A DNA stretch of 63,910 bases, filler included, from Collodictyon triciliatum (lineage: Eukaryota), in assembly GCA_043381765.1 (NCBI GenBank). It is 11 parts of 11 records of this genome, joined end to end, with 100 filler letters (N's around TTAATTAATTAA, not from the genome) between each part and the next. Parts side by side here need not be neighbours in the genome. Positions count along the whole stretch, not along the records: positions 46,901 to 53,495 come from JBHJMP010004357.1; positions 53,596 to 60,188 come from JBHJMP010004358.1; positions 60,289 to 62,395 come from JBHJMP010004511.1; positions 62,496 to 63,910 come from JBHJMP010004512.1; 7 more parts are not named here. One strand, given 5' to 3'. The position numbers and the translations under genes are program-made. Positions 50,101 to 63,910 of this stretch are shown here, piece after piece. Position 1 is the first letter of the stretch. Each line of letters starts with the position of its first letter. The notes beneath the pieces were generated by a model that worked only from the letters and a program-made list of their open reading frames with translations, did no database searches and was not told where the DNA came from.

Positions 50101-50711
50101 AAAATTAAAGACTCTATCCAGTTCGCCAAATGGTAGTTGAAAATACATTAATAATTTAATTTATTATGGTTATATTTATTTTTTTTAAAAAAAAGGTAGG
50201 AAATCAGATCATAATGGTATATGCAATTACTTGATGGATTCTGTAGTAGAGCACACCGATAGAGCACCAAAATATTGGGTTTCTTCGATCGCGATATCTA
50301 GAGTTGAAATTTAAGAATTGTATGTGCGCTGTTGTATAGCCATAAAAAAAATTATTTTATCCCTTAAATAAAGAGTGTTTATGTAAAGTGGCAAAAATGA
50401 TAATGAAAAATCATTATAATTTACACCTTCTATTTGTTTAAGAGGGTAAATAAACAGAAATATGGCTTACACAGCTTGTTGGTATGCTTCGTAAGCTTTC
50501 CTGTATTTTGCATTGGCTTTCTCCCGCTTCTCTTCGTAAGGAATAATAGCTGCCTGGGCCATGTAACACCGACCCAACAAGTACCATGTTTGCGCCTCGC
50601 TGGGGTCTAAAATATATTAAGTATTATTCACGATTAAAGATATGCCGTTAAAGTTATGTAGCATAAAAGATAATTTTTTTATTATATTTATTGAAGGGCG
50701 TTTTTAAGGTA

Positions 50712-50794
<83 letters not shown>

Positions 50795-51100
50795 AGGTAA
50801 AAAATAAGCCCATCTTGGTAATCAAATAAAGATTTTTGATAAAGCGGAGATATAAAAAGGATAAAAAAAAATAACCTGCATCAATGGATTTCAGTAAATA
50901 GTCAACTGCTTTCTTTTGGTTTATGAAGGGTGTATTTTGGTGGTACAACCAACCAAGTTGTTGTAACACTCTGGCGTTTGGAGGAAAGGTTTGCAGAGCC
51001 TTTTCATACGTTTCTTTTGCCTCGTCAAACTAATAAATATAGCGTAGCGCTTAAACGTTGACAATAGTTTTTTTTTCCATATAACTTCATAATGATTGCA

Positions 51101-51134
<34 letters not shown>

Positions 51135-52780
51135 TGTAAACCATTTTTTGCAACTCGAAAATATGGCCTATGTGAAAATAAACATCTGATTCACGGACAG
51201 AGGATGGCAAGTTCTTGAGTACAACGCTAAGGTACTATTGGCGAATAGTTTTCGAAAATATGGTTATCCGCGTAAATATAATCTTTTTGTTTTGTTTTGT
51301 TTTTTAAAAAAAAGAATGATTGATTATCGTAAATATTGTTCTATAGCCCAAAGGATAACATAAGATTTCATTTTCTCGTCTAAATTATCATTTAATTTTG
51401 TGCTATGATAAATTTAGCTCGTATCAAACCTCATTGGCTTGTCCGTAATTGCCTTTTTGCTTTGATAATAGAGCCAGTTTAAAATATATCTCCTGAGTCT
51501 TGTCAAACTTTTCATCCATCTTTAACACGGCATTAAAGGCCTCTTCAGCATGGTCAAAAGACTGAAAACGCTCGTACAATACCCCGATACCGTACCACAG
51601 ATTAGGGTCCTAAGAAAGATAGGCTATTTACTCGCTTTAAACATTACAAACATAAATCAATATATTTAGATGATTAAGATCATCCTCCTTGAGTTACTTA
51701 TTTCTCTAGAAATGGTTGGTTTTTGAAAACCGATTATTTCTCATTTTTGAAATGATGTGCCTATTCTTTCGGTTTGTTTTATTTAAAAAAAAACACGAAG
51801 GTATAGGGTTTTATATGATTAAGATTTTTATTATATAAAGAATTAAGTATTTCAGACTTGAATAGGTACAGAAAAAAAGGATGATTTACACAATTAATCT
51901 AAAACATACCCTAGGGGTAGTTAGGTATATTAGAGCGTGCTGATATGCGTTGTACGCCTGGTGCAGTTCTCCAATCCGAAGGTAGCAATGGCCGAGCATC
52001 GCCCAAGCATCCCCATGCGTTTTATCGTATGTAATGCTTTTTTCAAGGGATTCTATGGCCTGCAATTGCATAGAGGTATGATGATAATGCTCATAGGCAA
52101 AAAAAAAAAAATTCATAATATGAATTTGTGTCGCGGACATTTCTATCACATATTCTTTCTCGAGTTACAACTGACCATCTATGTCTTTATATTTCTCTAT
52201 CTCAGTTATCTTATCAAAAGCACGGAGAGAGCCTTCCGATGATGTTATTTAGATTCACTTTGTTTATTTTACTGCTTTTTTCCGTCTATTGGTGTATCAT
52301 TTCAATATTGGTATCTTTTATATTTTTGCGTGCGTCCTCATTTTTCTGTGTCTTTTTGTGTCTTTTTGTGTCTTTTTGTGTCTTTTTGTGTCTTATTACT
52401 TGATACTGGAATAAGGTGGCAAATTTTACTTAAACAAGTATTTACTTTTTGGTATTCCTCCTTTCGAACATGTAAATTAGCTAATTGGATGGACGCTTTT
52501 GGGTTTTGCGGATTATGATTCAAGACGCGTTGATAGGACACGGCAGCTTGTTCAAATTCCCCCATCATTTCATTGAGACCGCCTGTACATATGAAGATGA
52601 TGATGAAGAAATAATGACAACAATAATAATAATATGAATGGATTATGCCTGAGAATAAATTATATATGCATACACAAAGACAGCATATAAGGTTATATGT
52701 TTAGCCAGACCAATCTGCAGCCAGGTAGCTTCATTTGCGAGCGTTAACTCTTCACAAACATCTTTTCGCGCTGTCTCCAT
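47130..52780 (-). CDS. CYC8: Ssn6/Cyc8-like TPR transcriptional co-repressor (TrfA-like), multi-exon
   Basis: METARK..NEATWLQIG, WAMLGHCYL..AYNAYQHAL, DPNLWYGIGVLYER, VLQQLGWLYHQ, QTWYLLGRCYMAQ..AYEAYQQAVYRDRRNPIFWCSIGVLYY, YRDALDAYSRAIQLNPYLSEVWYDLGALYESCNQ, then a low-complexity C-terminus ending at TAG 47130-47132. Confidence 0.93.
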
Positions 52781-53982
52781 TGTTTCTATTTATTTTATTA
52801 GGATATTACTAAGTTTAAATGGGAAAAAAAGGGAAAGAAGAAGAGCCGTTCAAAATAAATATAAAGAATTTGAGAATATGCATCAACATGAATAAGAAGG
52901 GGAGAAAAATAGGCAGTCCATATTTCATGATCTTGAAAAAGGATCAAAATAAGAAAATACTGAAGAAAATACAAGAGGGAAACTAGAAATTTTTTTTCAC
53001 GAAGGCGGTATATTTTTTAAGAGAAGTAAAGAACACTAATCAAATAATTAACACTAATAACCCCCCTCCCAACAAGCCGGCCTACCACTCAGATAACCTC
53101 CGTATACATTTAGTGAAAGAATCTAACACCCCCAAAAAAAATTCATCTTGAAAAATACGACCTTTAAACAGATCCGATCCAATCCCCCAAACGGTAGTAA
53201 GAAGAAAAAAAAGAGTAGCGAGAGAGAAAGAGAGGAAGAGAGGGAAAGGAATATTTATTTGCCACCCCGTAATCATTATTCATCATTTTTTTCCTTTATT
53301 CGATTCAAATCATTATTCATCATTTAATATTTACCATTTATGATTCATTATTTGTTATTTGTTATTTATTATTTGTTATTTATTATTTGTTATTTATTAT
53401 TTGTTATTTATTATTTGTTATTTATTATTTGTTATTTATTATTTGTTATTTATTATTTGTTATTTGTTATTTGTTATTTATTATTTGTTATTTATNNNNN
53501 NNNNNNNNNNNNNNNNNNNNNNNNNNNNNNNNNNNNNNNTTAATTAATTAANNNNNNNNNNNNNNNNNNNNNNNNNNNNNNNNNNNNNNNNNNNNAGAAA
53601 AAGAAAAAGAAAAAGAAAAAGAAAAAGAAAAAGAAAAAGAAAAAGAAAAAGAAAAAGAAAAAGAAAAAGATAAAGAAAAAGATAAAGAAAAAGATAAAGA
53701 AAAAGATAACGAAAAGAAAAAGAAAAATAAAGATAAAGATGAAATAAATTAAAATAAGAATAAGAGGAAAGAACAAAAATCTATAGAATGGTATCTAACC
53801 TATCTTTTGTATGATAAAAAATCCCTATGAATAACACATTTTTAATAAATATATTCCAATGACAGAGTGACATCAGGGGCTGATATCCTGACACCAAAGG
53901 TTGGTTCTATGATAAATTGATGATAAAATATTAATTCATTTTTTCTAATAACTGCGTTTATGCATCTTATGAAACAATATTA

Positions 53983-56900
53983 TTGCACATGGTCAACAAC
54001 GCCAACTATCTTCCTTTCATTTCTAATGTCAAGGGCTTCCTTTCTGTCCGAGTGCATCACTTTAAGAGAGATTTACAAAATGATTCTAATATTGATATTA
54101 TCAAACAGCCAAGGCCCCCACCAGCGTCTGCCCGAACAGTGGGAGCATCACCCAGAATCCGCCCCATAGCCACTGAAAGCACCTCTCAGACTGTTGTGGG
54201 AGATGCAGCACCTCTTTCATCTCGATTTCCAAAGCCAAATCAAGGAAGTCATCCACCAAACTTCGAAGCTGCCAATACCACCACGTCGCTGGCCTCAACT
54301 TCAGCAGCTAAATCAACTCCAATTCCCACCGGATTCACGCCGGAAGGTCTTAACTCGGAACTGATGGCGAATGTCCTCAATGAAGCACAACTAACAACCA
54401 CCAACAGATTCAACTCCGACTCTGGGACTGACAGCAAAGATAATGCCAAATCTCAGAGTCAGGAGGCTTCGCTTCTTGAGGAGGTGATTGGTCAACGTGT
54501 CACGAAACCGCCTTCAGAAGCAGAACATAAAAGGCGTGGAACAATATCATTTGTCATATACGACGATGGGAAACGTTCACGGTTCCGGGCTAGAGAAAGG
54601 CCCGCTCTAAAAATCGGGGTACTGGTCAGAAAGAAAGTTCAAGAACCAGACAAAAAGCCACAGGTCGTTAGCACCAAAGGACAACCGAAAGGTAAGGTGA
54701 GGTTCCAGTTGCCTCATCAGGAACAGCAGCCTCTTGAAATCAAGACCATCCAAAGTGACCCGTCAGAGTATGACGCTGACCATATTGCTGCGCGATACGA
54801 CCCTCATATGTTCTTACCCGTGTCTGGACTTGTGAATCTTTCCTCTGCCTTTTTTCCGATGGTTATCAAAGGAATGAATTTCCTGGCACACGACTCGTAC
54901 GTGAATGACAATTGGCAGCCAGAAGCACAATACTATCCGATATCAGAGGCAAACATAATTCCTGAAATTCGGTTTCACATTCAAGAGCACTTAAGGCAGG
55001 CAAATCCGTTCGATACGAAACTCTTGGGTCCTGCTGAAACAACAAATAATCCAGATGGCTTATATTCACCTCTTAATTTTACAAACATGTATCCATTCTC
55101 GGAGTTGTCTTCGAAGATTGCATCCATATTTAAGCAACAGAATATCCTATTAGATGATGTACCACGAAATTCCATATCCCAAGACCTGACTGTTGAGCAC
55201 AGAAAGGCTGATACTGAGGTATCTGTCAAAATAAAAAATGTTGGAAGTGAAATACCAGAATCTTTACAATTTTCTACATCATCCAAGAAGAGCTCCAGTG
55301 AATTGCGTAATCAGCAAATTGACGAGTTTCTATTAACAACAAGTTCAAATAGTGATTTTGCTGTGACCGCTTTGACAGAATTACAGAAAACTCTGAGAAA
55401 TCGAGATTTGACGGGTGAAAGGGTTTCTCCTGACGATATAAATGAACAGACCGGTCATTCAAGAACATCTGCTATATCAACAGACAAGCCTTTATCTCAA
55501 ATCTCTGCTATATCACAGTCATTGCGATTAAATCCAGAACAGGATGACGAAGCTGGTATGATATTTTGTTATTGTTATTTTATAAAAAAAATTTACAAAC
55601 ATATTATTTTCCCCTCTATTTGATTCAAAGGTTAAAAACATATCATATAAATAATTGATTCGGTCTTAAAAGTTCAAGCTGTATATTTTGAAGCACTGAT
55701 GCAGAATTATTGTTTAACTTTACTGATTATGCTCTATATTCACAAAGATCTGGAGACTGTTCGCGCTGTCCTTGCACATTCAATCCAGTCTGAGAGTCTC
55801 GAGTTGCCGCCACTGAACCCGTCGCAGATGAAGACAATCATTCAGCACCCTGACTTGATGTCTTCACTCAACCCAAAGCAACAACTCCATTTACTACAAA
55901 CCATTCTTGATGAACATCGCACCATTCTTTCAGAAGACCAACTACGATTGTTACAAGCAATCAATACTAAAATCGAGAATCCCTTAGAGGTCAAAAGAAT
56001 GCCTCCAAAAGATTCATTATCGAAAATGGGGATGTCCAAGCAAGACCTTGGATTAGTTCGAGACGATATAAGCTCAGTCATTCGGGACCTTCCTGACATC
56101 TTCGAATCTTTAAATGCTCTTGGTTCACGTAACTGTCCAATAAATGATATTTTCTCATAAGAGAGGATCAAACACAATTTTTTTAAAATATACCTCTCTT
56201 TTTTGATTGAATTTAACATGAGCATCCATCTCTAGAGTCTGCTTTGAACCGAACTTCCTCCTCCAAAAAACACACCGCTGAATCAGGTTTAGCCCGGAGC
56301 GGAAGTCAAGAACTCAATACCTCAGCTGCTGATAATGAGGATTCAGGCGGTTTTCGAAGCCGCAATAATAGTGCTACTGACTCATATCCTTTGGCCGCTG
56401 ATGAAGATTCGATGAGCGAAACAACTGGTGGAGTGACATCCAAGTTTAATACAACAGAGAAAAATGCTGAATGGCTAGAGTCTTTTCGACAATTTATTTC
56501 CAACCACGTGGAAACCCTTGTCAAGATTCGTAAAATCGTCGCAGCAGATAAAAAAGGGGGCCCTGATCAACAAGGTATAGCAAGTCAGAGAACCACCATG
56601 CTTGAGGAGTTTGTCGGCGAGCTGGATCAATTTTTCAGTATCATCGATGAAGCTTTGGGTGGCTCTGAGTGGAGAACTTCAAAAGAAGTGACCGAGTCCT
56701 TGCTGTCTGGAACAGGACTCAGCTCCTCAGACGTATCAAATCTTTTAGAAATGACTAGTAAGCCAAAGACATCCAATCCCCTTATGAATACCGCCGAGGC
56801 TGAAAAGGTTGAGACTGCTAGAGTAAAAACTTACAAAGCCATGTTTTCTTTGCAAGAGTTTCAAAAGTTATCGGAAGAGCAAAAAAAGAAGCTTTTTAAC

Positions 56901-59900
56901 ATCCGGGCACTTCCTAACTGGCAATCACGCCTCGCTGAGGTCTTGACACAAGTGGATAAATTAATTTCACAAAGTGACCAATCTGCAGCTGGAAACATTG
57001 TTAATCCGGACCCTGCGACAAAGGTAGCTATCAGCAGTCGCATCGCCGAGTACTTCCTAGTCCCGGTGGACGATGAAGACCCGATGGATATTTTGCAACT
57101 GATTGGTATGGGTCATTGGGCGGTTCCATATATCCAAAAAAGGTACGAAGAAACAAAGGGCGTGGATAACGCTATTTGTCGGGCAATCAGCAATAAAAGA
57201 TGGGATGAAATTCGCCTGATGCCTTGGTCAGCTGCGCTAATCATGGCCATCGAAATAACTAGAAACGACATTGATTTAATCCAATCAGACATTAACAAAA
57301 TTGAAAGCGAGTCCAAATCGATCGTCAACCATGTACAGGAGCTGCAGAAACAAAGGCTTGAAGCTCTTGAGCATGTTCCCATCCTCACGTCTAATTTGGA
57401 AAAAATTGAAGTAGAGAAAAAACGCACAATAGAGCTTATTGAACAATTCTCTGACCCAAACGATTTAGAGTATGTCATGGCTGTTGAACGCCTTCGAATT
57501 TTAGAGTACGAAAAAATGAAATCATCAAACACCTTGCAAGCAAAAGCATTGATGATTCAAGAGAGTGAGTTAGCTTTTGACGACCTTGCTTCGAAGTTGG
57601 ATGGGCTCGAAGTTCGACGGCAGGATTACAGACTACTTTTGATGAATCTAAACACCACTTTTAAAGATTTGAAGCAAATGCTCTCTGCTGCTATCAAGGT
57701 TGAAGCAACAGAGAATCACAGAAAATTGAGCAATGTGAATTCATCAAAACCGTACTTTGAAGCTTCCATGGGCGCCATGAAATCAATATCCGATATGTAT
57801 TCTGGCAAAGAATGGAGTTCTTCAACCACAGGTTCTGGTGGATCTGAAAACCATAATCGGTCTATTTCTGGGATTGATGACTTTTATATTCCGTCACCAT
57901 CTACACCTCAGCCATTCGGTGATAAGGACGGTGATGAAATTGTACCTACCCTGCCGGTGGTAAATAGGAGACTATCCGAACTGGTTGCACCACGAACACC
58001 CGACCCGACAGAAATTCAATTCGATTTTTCTGATGGAGAAAGTGCCATCGCGGAGGAGGATGAAAATGAAGAGCAAGATACTAGTGATAGTGAAGATGAA
58101 AAAAATGTCAGCTCCAGTGATAATAATGGTGCTTTCCACGTACAAACTGGCATTCAAAGCGCATTTAACCATGCCAGTGCGGTTAACAGCGAATTACCAG
58201 GTTTATCAAAGGACAGAAACGATTCCAGACAAAATGAAAAGCTGGAGGGTAGTAGAGACTATGACGACGAATCTGTCCTGAATAGTGATGGAGGTGGCGA
58301 CACACTTGAAAAATACGGCAGATCTGAAATCGAAGAAGTTAGGACAGATGCTGATACAAGAGGTATTAGACCACTCATTTTGGAATCTTCAGAAGTAAGT
58401 GGCAGGGTTGATGACTTGCAGTTAGGGGCTTTTAATGATTCTAAAAATCTCAGAGAAAAAGAGAAGGAATTACAATTGGCTGGTGGCAAGAGACTCGATG
58501 GAGAACAGCCAAAAACACATCCACCTACTGAAGGCGCCCAATCCGTAACAACAAAAAGTCAAAAACCGGAGAGAAAAAAGTCTATTGTTGCAATACCAAA
58601 ATCAGAGCAGTCATCAGCAACAAAAACAGGGCCACAGATCGATGCAAACCAAAATCCATCAACAAAATCAACAACGTCCATATCAAAGCATAACGAACCT
58701 ATTGCCAATTCACAAAAAGCAGAGCAGCTTCGCAATTCTCAATCAAAAGACACCCATGGAATTCAAGCAGCTGTTCTTGACGACTTGAACACTGACATGG
58801 ATATCATTCCTGATGTTTATGTTGACGGCGAGTTGATGAAAGGGAAGAAAAAACCTACCAGAGACGGAGACACTCGAAATGTGAAGAGCGATAAGAAAGG
58901 TGAATTTGTAGTTCTCTTTTAAAAATCTGGGGACTATGAATACTTTGCGCCATGTTTTTTTTGTTTTTTGTCAATTTTCTATATATGTAAGGAAATACAA
59001 AGGCCACGCAATATTCTCTGAAACAAATGATTAGCAGAAACTAAATTCACCATATATTATTCACTGTTTTGTTCTCTTTCTCTTTCTCTTTCTCTTTCTC
59101 TTTCTCTTTCTCTTTCTCTTTCTCTTTCTCTTTATTTATTTTTTAATTATTTAATTATTTATTTATCCATTTATCTATTTATCCATTCATCCATTTTTCT
59201 AAAACAGGCCCTGGAAACGAACTACTTGTTCCTGCAGATAGTTCCGGAGGAGGACCATCAGGTAAGAAACAATCATCAAAGGGGAGAACGCACTCTGCAC
59301 GAAACAGGCCTCAGCAGAACCAAGGACCCGATAAATCTCCCACACAAATGAACTCTGCTCAGGGTGACCAACCTCAGGCAGAGCCCGCCTCCGAAGAACC
59401 AGCCAATGTATTTTTCATTATTCCTGAGATTGGTTTCAGAATTATTATTATTTTTTTTAGTTAACTTGACTTCTCGAATATATTCCCGTCTTATTTTGCA
59501 AAAACATAGTCCCTAATCTGCAACATATCTGTCAGGATAAGGAAGAAGAGTCTTCCTCCGTAGAAACTGTCTGGGCTGAGTGGAAACTATCGATTGATTC
59601 TCTGATTCTGACAAATGTAATCAAGTTCATCCAAAAAAGCAAGGACAAACAGTTTCTTGCAAACATGCGCTTGTGAGTTCCATTTCATAGCCCAAATGAA
59701 ATGTTGTATCACCACTCTGAACTCGATTTGATTATAATACCCAGTCCTTTTTCTTTTTTGTTTCTCTTCCAACGTTTTTTTTATAGAAAAAGTATCTGCT
59801 AGAGCCAGTTATAAAACCATTTTTCAACATATTTAACAAACTTTTTTTTTTGGATTGAACTCCCAGAGAAGTCCAAAAATACTTGACCCAGAAGATGAAT

Positions 59901-60188
59901 GAGCGAAAAATTCGATCGCGCTTGTTGACTGTTCGTGCTTTTATCGACCTGAGCATTGGGGATATGAACACCATCCTGAGTGACTTGACCTCTGCCATTG
60001 ACAGTGACGCACAGTATTTTTTATTATTATTATTATATATATATATATTGCTGATTTCCGATTCCAGCATAACAGTTTAATATCCTACGTCGCATAAGAA
60101 GACACATCTGATATTTTTACTGGTTAATGCACTCTATCATCAAATGTTAATTATTTTACCCAGAAATGAAGTGGCTCTTCTTGAACGC
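53983..60188 (+). CDS. Very large (>1,700 aa) unknown protein with low-complexity and coiled-coil segments; ends uncertain
   Basis: Long open exons 53983-55556, ~55748-56124 and ~56236-58899 plus further AG..GT exons up to the spacer. A heptad region lies at ~57250-57710; no family motif was recognised. Confidence 0.75.
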
Positions 60189-60415
60189 NNNNNNNNNNNN
60201 NNNNNNNNNNNNNNNNNNNNNNNNNNNNNNNNTTAATTAATTAANNNNNNNNNNNNNNNNNNNNNNNNNNNNNNNNNNNNNNNNNNNNAAAAATTAATAA
60301 AAAATAAAAAAAATAAATATAGAACATAATAAAAAAAAAAAAATTAAGTTTTTTTTTTTTTTTTTTTTACCTCTGTGTATTCAGATTACACGGTAAAGGG
60401 CTTTAAATAAAATAG

Positions 60416-61200
60416 GAGGACGGACTTCTGGAACCCACTTCACGGTTCAATATGAAAGGAAGACACCGTATTCCGAGGGGTGGTTATTCTCAGGACAGAG
60501 ATGAACAGACGCATAATTGTAAGATTACATCAGTTCATTTCATATATTTGATCAGGTCGGTCATAATCGTATCCTTATAGCTGTCAAAGCATACTATATA
60601 ATTCCCTACTTTTAGTGAATTCATATTATCAAAAAATTGAAGAGAAGATCGAAAAACAGGTATAATTTCGCTTGTGCATTTGCAAAAATTTGTTCCTTCC
60701 TTTTTTTTCTTTTTTCTTTTCCCTTATTCTCTATTCTCTTTACTATTTTATCCTTTACTCTTTTATTCTTTATTGAATTTTTTGAGAAAAAAACATTATA
60801 ATTTACTAGAACCGTCTGCTGGAAAAGATGATGCAAGAGCAACGGGAAAGGTTCGATGACAGAAAGAAAATTGGAACAAGGCCAGGGTTCGTGCCTATAT
60901 CATTTTGATAGAGTATTCACTTTGAATCGAATAAAGGAAAAACTATTGATAGAGTATTCAACCCATTATTTAGATGGTTCATGTATAAATATGATTTACT
61001 CAAAAATTGTCCAACATATCCGCGTGTTTTATTGCTTTTCAATATCTCAATTTTTCTTAGTAACTGCTCAAAATATATTCAGGAGGCATAATTATATATA
61101 AAAAAAAAACAACTTCTAATTAGCACCAGGGCGAATGGAGACGACGAGGATGCGACGGATGAGTCCAACCCTTTTTTGAGACTCAAGAAAAAGATAAACA
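60416..61200 (+). CDS. 3' exons of an unknown gene
   Basis: Phase-compatible exons EDGLLEPTSRFNMKGRHRIPRGG..., NSYYQKIEEKIEKQ|NRLLEKMMQEQRE and TRANGDDEDATDESNPF. Confidence 0.45.
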
Positions 61201-61951
61201 AGAATTACTCTCATTATACAAATATCTCTGGATTTAATTGTTCGTTTTCATCACTTTTTGTTATTTTCATATTTTTTTTTAATATTATTGTACGTTAATT
61301 TTTTCGGACATAGATGCATTCCATTAATTATATCCCTTTGATTGTATAATACTAAATACTGAACAACTTTGGTTCTACAATTATAAAATTTAATTTAACA
61401 TAAATACCTAATATACACAAAAAGTTTATGTCAGGCCTGGTCGCGCTTCTTTGGATGCAGTGTTTTTCTACGCTTGTTTGATTGTTCAGCAAAGAAATGT
61501 ATGTGCATAATATTTTTTTTTTTTAAAAAAAAGGAGACCCAATTCAATCGCCTCTCATATGAATAAGAATAATAATAATGTGTTTGTATACCTTTAGTAT
61601 ATGTTGATAAAAAGAATTACATATGAGCACACGGTTACATCAATTATAGAAATACAGACTACATGAGCTCTCTTTAGAGTCCGAAATTCAACCGGGGTTC
61701 GTTACCAATTGTTATTATCAGCTAACGAAACCCACAAAATATTTGAATTCCGACTGACGAAAACACATCGATATATTACTCAAAAATGAAAAAAAATCAT
61801 GTGATTTTTTTTAAATGATGACTCCTCCCTCGCACAAACATACACGCGTTCACCTCTTCACACATACATACAAACACATCCATTTGTTTCAGATGAGACT
61901 GCTTATTAATTATATATACATAATTATTTTTTTTTGGTTATGCCTAAAAGG

Positions 61952-62529
61952 ATGGCTGTCATCACCGATTATATAAAGAAGCTGACCAGGGAAAGCATTA
62001 CAAAGATATTAGTTGAACAAGAAAGTATTCAGGTTTTTACAATATCAAATATCTACACCTGCTTAAAAATCAACAAATAGAGGAGTACATTCCCAAGAAT
62101 TTTAAAAATAACTGTTTCAGGTGCTTTAATGTGATTCGCCTTACGCATGCAATAGATTCAACAAACTGCCCCTCAAGAAATCAGCCTTAAAATCAAGTCC
62201 TTGGAGATTAAATCTAAAATACTGAAGCTGATGGGCTTTGTGGAGTCCATACTTGATTCTTTACATAAAGTAAATAATCATTATCGATGACTAGCTTTTA
62301 ATTATATACTTGAAAAACTTTTTTAGTAGATTTTTTTTCACAAAAAAAAAAAAAAAAAAAAAACACAGGGCTTGATTGGGTGACTCATACATGGANNNNN
62401 NNNNNNNNNNNNNNNNNNNNNNNNNNNNNNNNNNNNNNNTTAATTAATTAANNNNNNNNNNNNNNNNNNNNNNNNNNNNNNNNNNNNNNNNNNNNTTTAA
62501 TTAAAAACTTAAAAAATTTTTTTAGTAGA

Positions 62530-62561
<32 letters not shown>

Positions 62562-63598
62562 GAAAAAGGAGGCATTGAACCCTTTTCTATATTGCGAGAA
62601 ATTTGGGATATGATTTCTACTTGATTATAATTTATTAATTATGTTACTTAGGATGTAAGAAAACAAGACATCCCATCAATGATAATTGAATTTGTTCGTA
62701 AATTCATTCAGGTTTTTATCTTAGTTTTGAAAATATCACTTTGCTTTTGCGCAAATCATTTTAATTTGAATGAAATCCAGTTAAGTGGGATATTACTCAA
62801 TATAAACCAGGGCAATGTCACCCTGGCAGATGAATATGTTTATCCATCAGAGAAGGTAAGTACATACATTTTTCTTTTTTTCCAAAATAAAAATAAATAC
62901 ATCGATTGAAAATAAAATGTATTTTTATCTACCTTAGATTATGCGTGAGTATGCGATAGCAAACAAAATGAAAATACTTCCCAAACTATCGCAAAGAATC
63001 ATAGTAATGAACATAATTTTTGTCAGAGTTCTCTTGATGAAGGTACTTTTGCTTTCGTGTATATTCTTTTATTCTTCCTTTCAGTTCGTACAAAATGGTG
63101 GAGGTTTTGGCTTTGGTTCGCTAGCCAACTTTCGTTAATGATTCTTACCTCTATTTCAAAGCACTCAGAAGATTATTAATATCATCATTATCACCATTAT
63201 TATTATTATTAAAAAGCAAATGAGAAAAGTAGTGATCAACGCTCTATACATACGTTACAGTTGCTGCGAAACCCCTCTGCCGAAGGCTTTGGTACAGCCG
63301 GCGATAGCCAGACAGAAAACTTATCCGTGTTGAGGACGATATTGTACAGAATCATTCGCCACGCTGCAGTCCCCTTCTTCGATAAGCAAATTGTAAATCT
63401 AAATGTGTAATTTCGGACTCTATGTTCGTTTTTTATTTTATTTTTTTATTTGAAGTTCTCCGGTCCAATATTTTACCTTCCCTTTGAAATATTTACACAC
63501 ACTAATATCCTTACAAAGGATGGAGACGAACCTGTATACTCTTCACTACTACCAGACAAAACAGAACAGACCTACGTCAAATATTTGGACTTCAGTTG
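61952..63598 (+). CDS. Unknown multi-exon gene, possibly spanning the last spacer
   Basis: MAVITDYIKKLTRESITKILVEQESIQ|IQQTAPQEISLKIK..., DVRKQDIPSMIIEFVRKFIQ|GNVTLADEYVYPSEK|IMREY...VLLMK|LLRNPSAEGFG...|DGDEPVYSSLLP, all with GT-AG boundaries. Confidence 0.5.
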
Positions 63599-63910
63599 GT
63601 GCCGAAAACAATCTGTAATACATTATCCACATCCTTTTCTCTACAAAGTCATTATTGCTTTTAACTCGATTTGCATAGTTTCGCTTTTATGCGTTCGGGA
63701 ACTCGTTCTATTTACTCAGTCAATCGCCCGACAATATTTTTTTTTTTTTTTTAAAAAAAAAAATAATAATTAGGAAGTCATCTTCAGTGTTACATCCCAC
63801 TTTCTAAGGCAAGTTAGCGCGACTAGCCAAAGTTAACAAATTTAACCCATCTTCTGGGCAAGACAAATGTAAAAAAAAAAAAAAAAGTGATATCAATATA
63901 TACCTAATAT

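Noticed and set aside
62310-62560. Direct repeat TTTTTTAGTAGATTTTTTT...An on both sides of the last spacer as a TSD
   Set aside because: More likely the redundant low-quality ends of two overlapping contigs.
1-63910. tRNA or rRNA genes
   Set aside because: No convincing cloverleaf or rRNA motif was seen by eye; tRNAscan-SE and Infernal would be needed to exclude them.

Overview
This is intron-rich, AT-rich, microsatellite-laden nuclear DNA from a eukaryote, probably a protist; the taxon cannot be determined from the sequence alone. It is not one contiguous locus: ten identical 100-nt artificial spacers (N44-TTAATTAATTAA-N44) join pieces that mostly run 6608 to 6593 nt in near-descending order, so gene order across spacers is meaningless. 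Host genes: a kinase fused to a dual-specificity-phosphatase-like domain, a yippee/YPEL protein, an HSP20-like-domain Lys-rich protein, an AMPK/MARK-type kinase with a long coiled coil, an ATP9/NEO1 P4-ATPase, an F-box plus armadillo protein, a 419-aa tropomyosin-like coiled coil with a GC-AG intron, an Ssn6/Cyc8 TPR co-repressor, and several unknowns. Mobile DNA: several decayed L1/Tx1-like LINE pieces and weak DNA-transposase traces. The most notable feature is a decayed Fanzor1 gene (eukaryotic TnpB-derived RNA-guided nuclease) at about 27.0-28.7 kb on the minus strand. It retains all three RuvC acidic residues and the Zn finger, may contain an intron, and is followed by a ~120-nt pseudoknotted structure that is a good omega-RNA candidate. 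All calls come from manual translation and motif recognition; no database searches were run.
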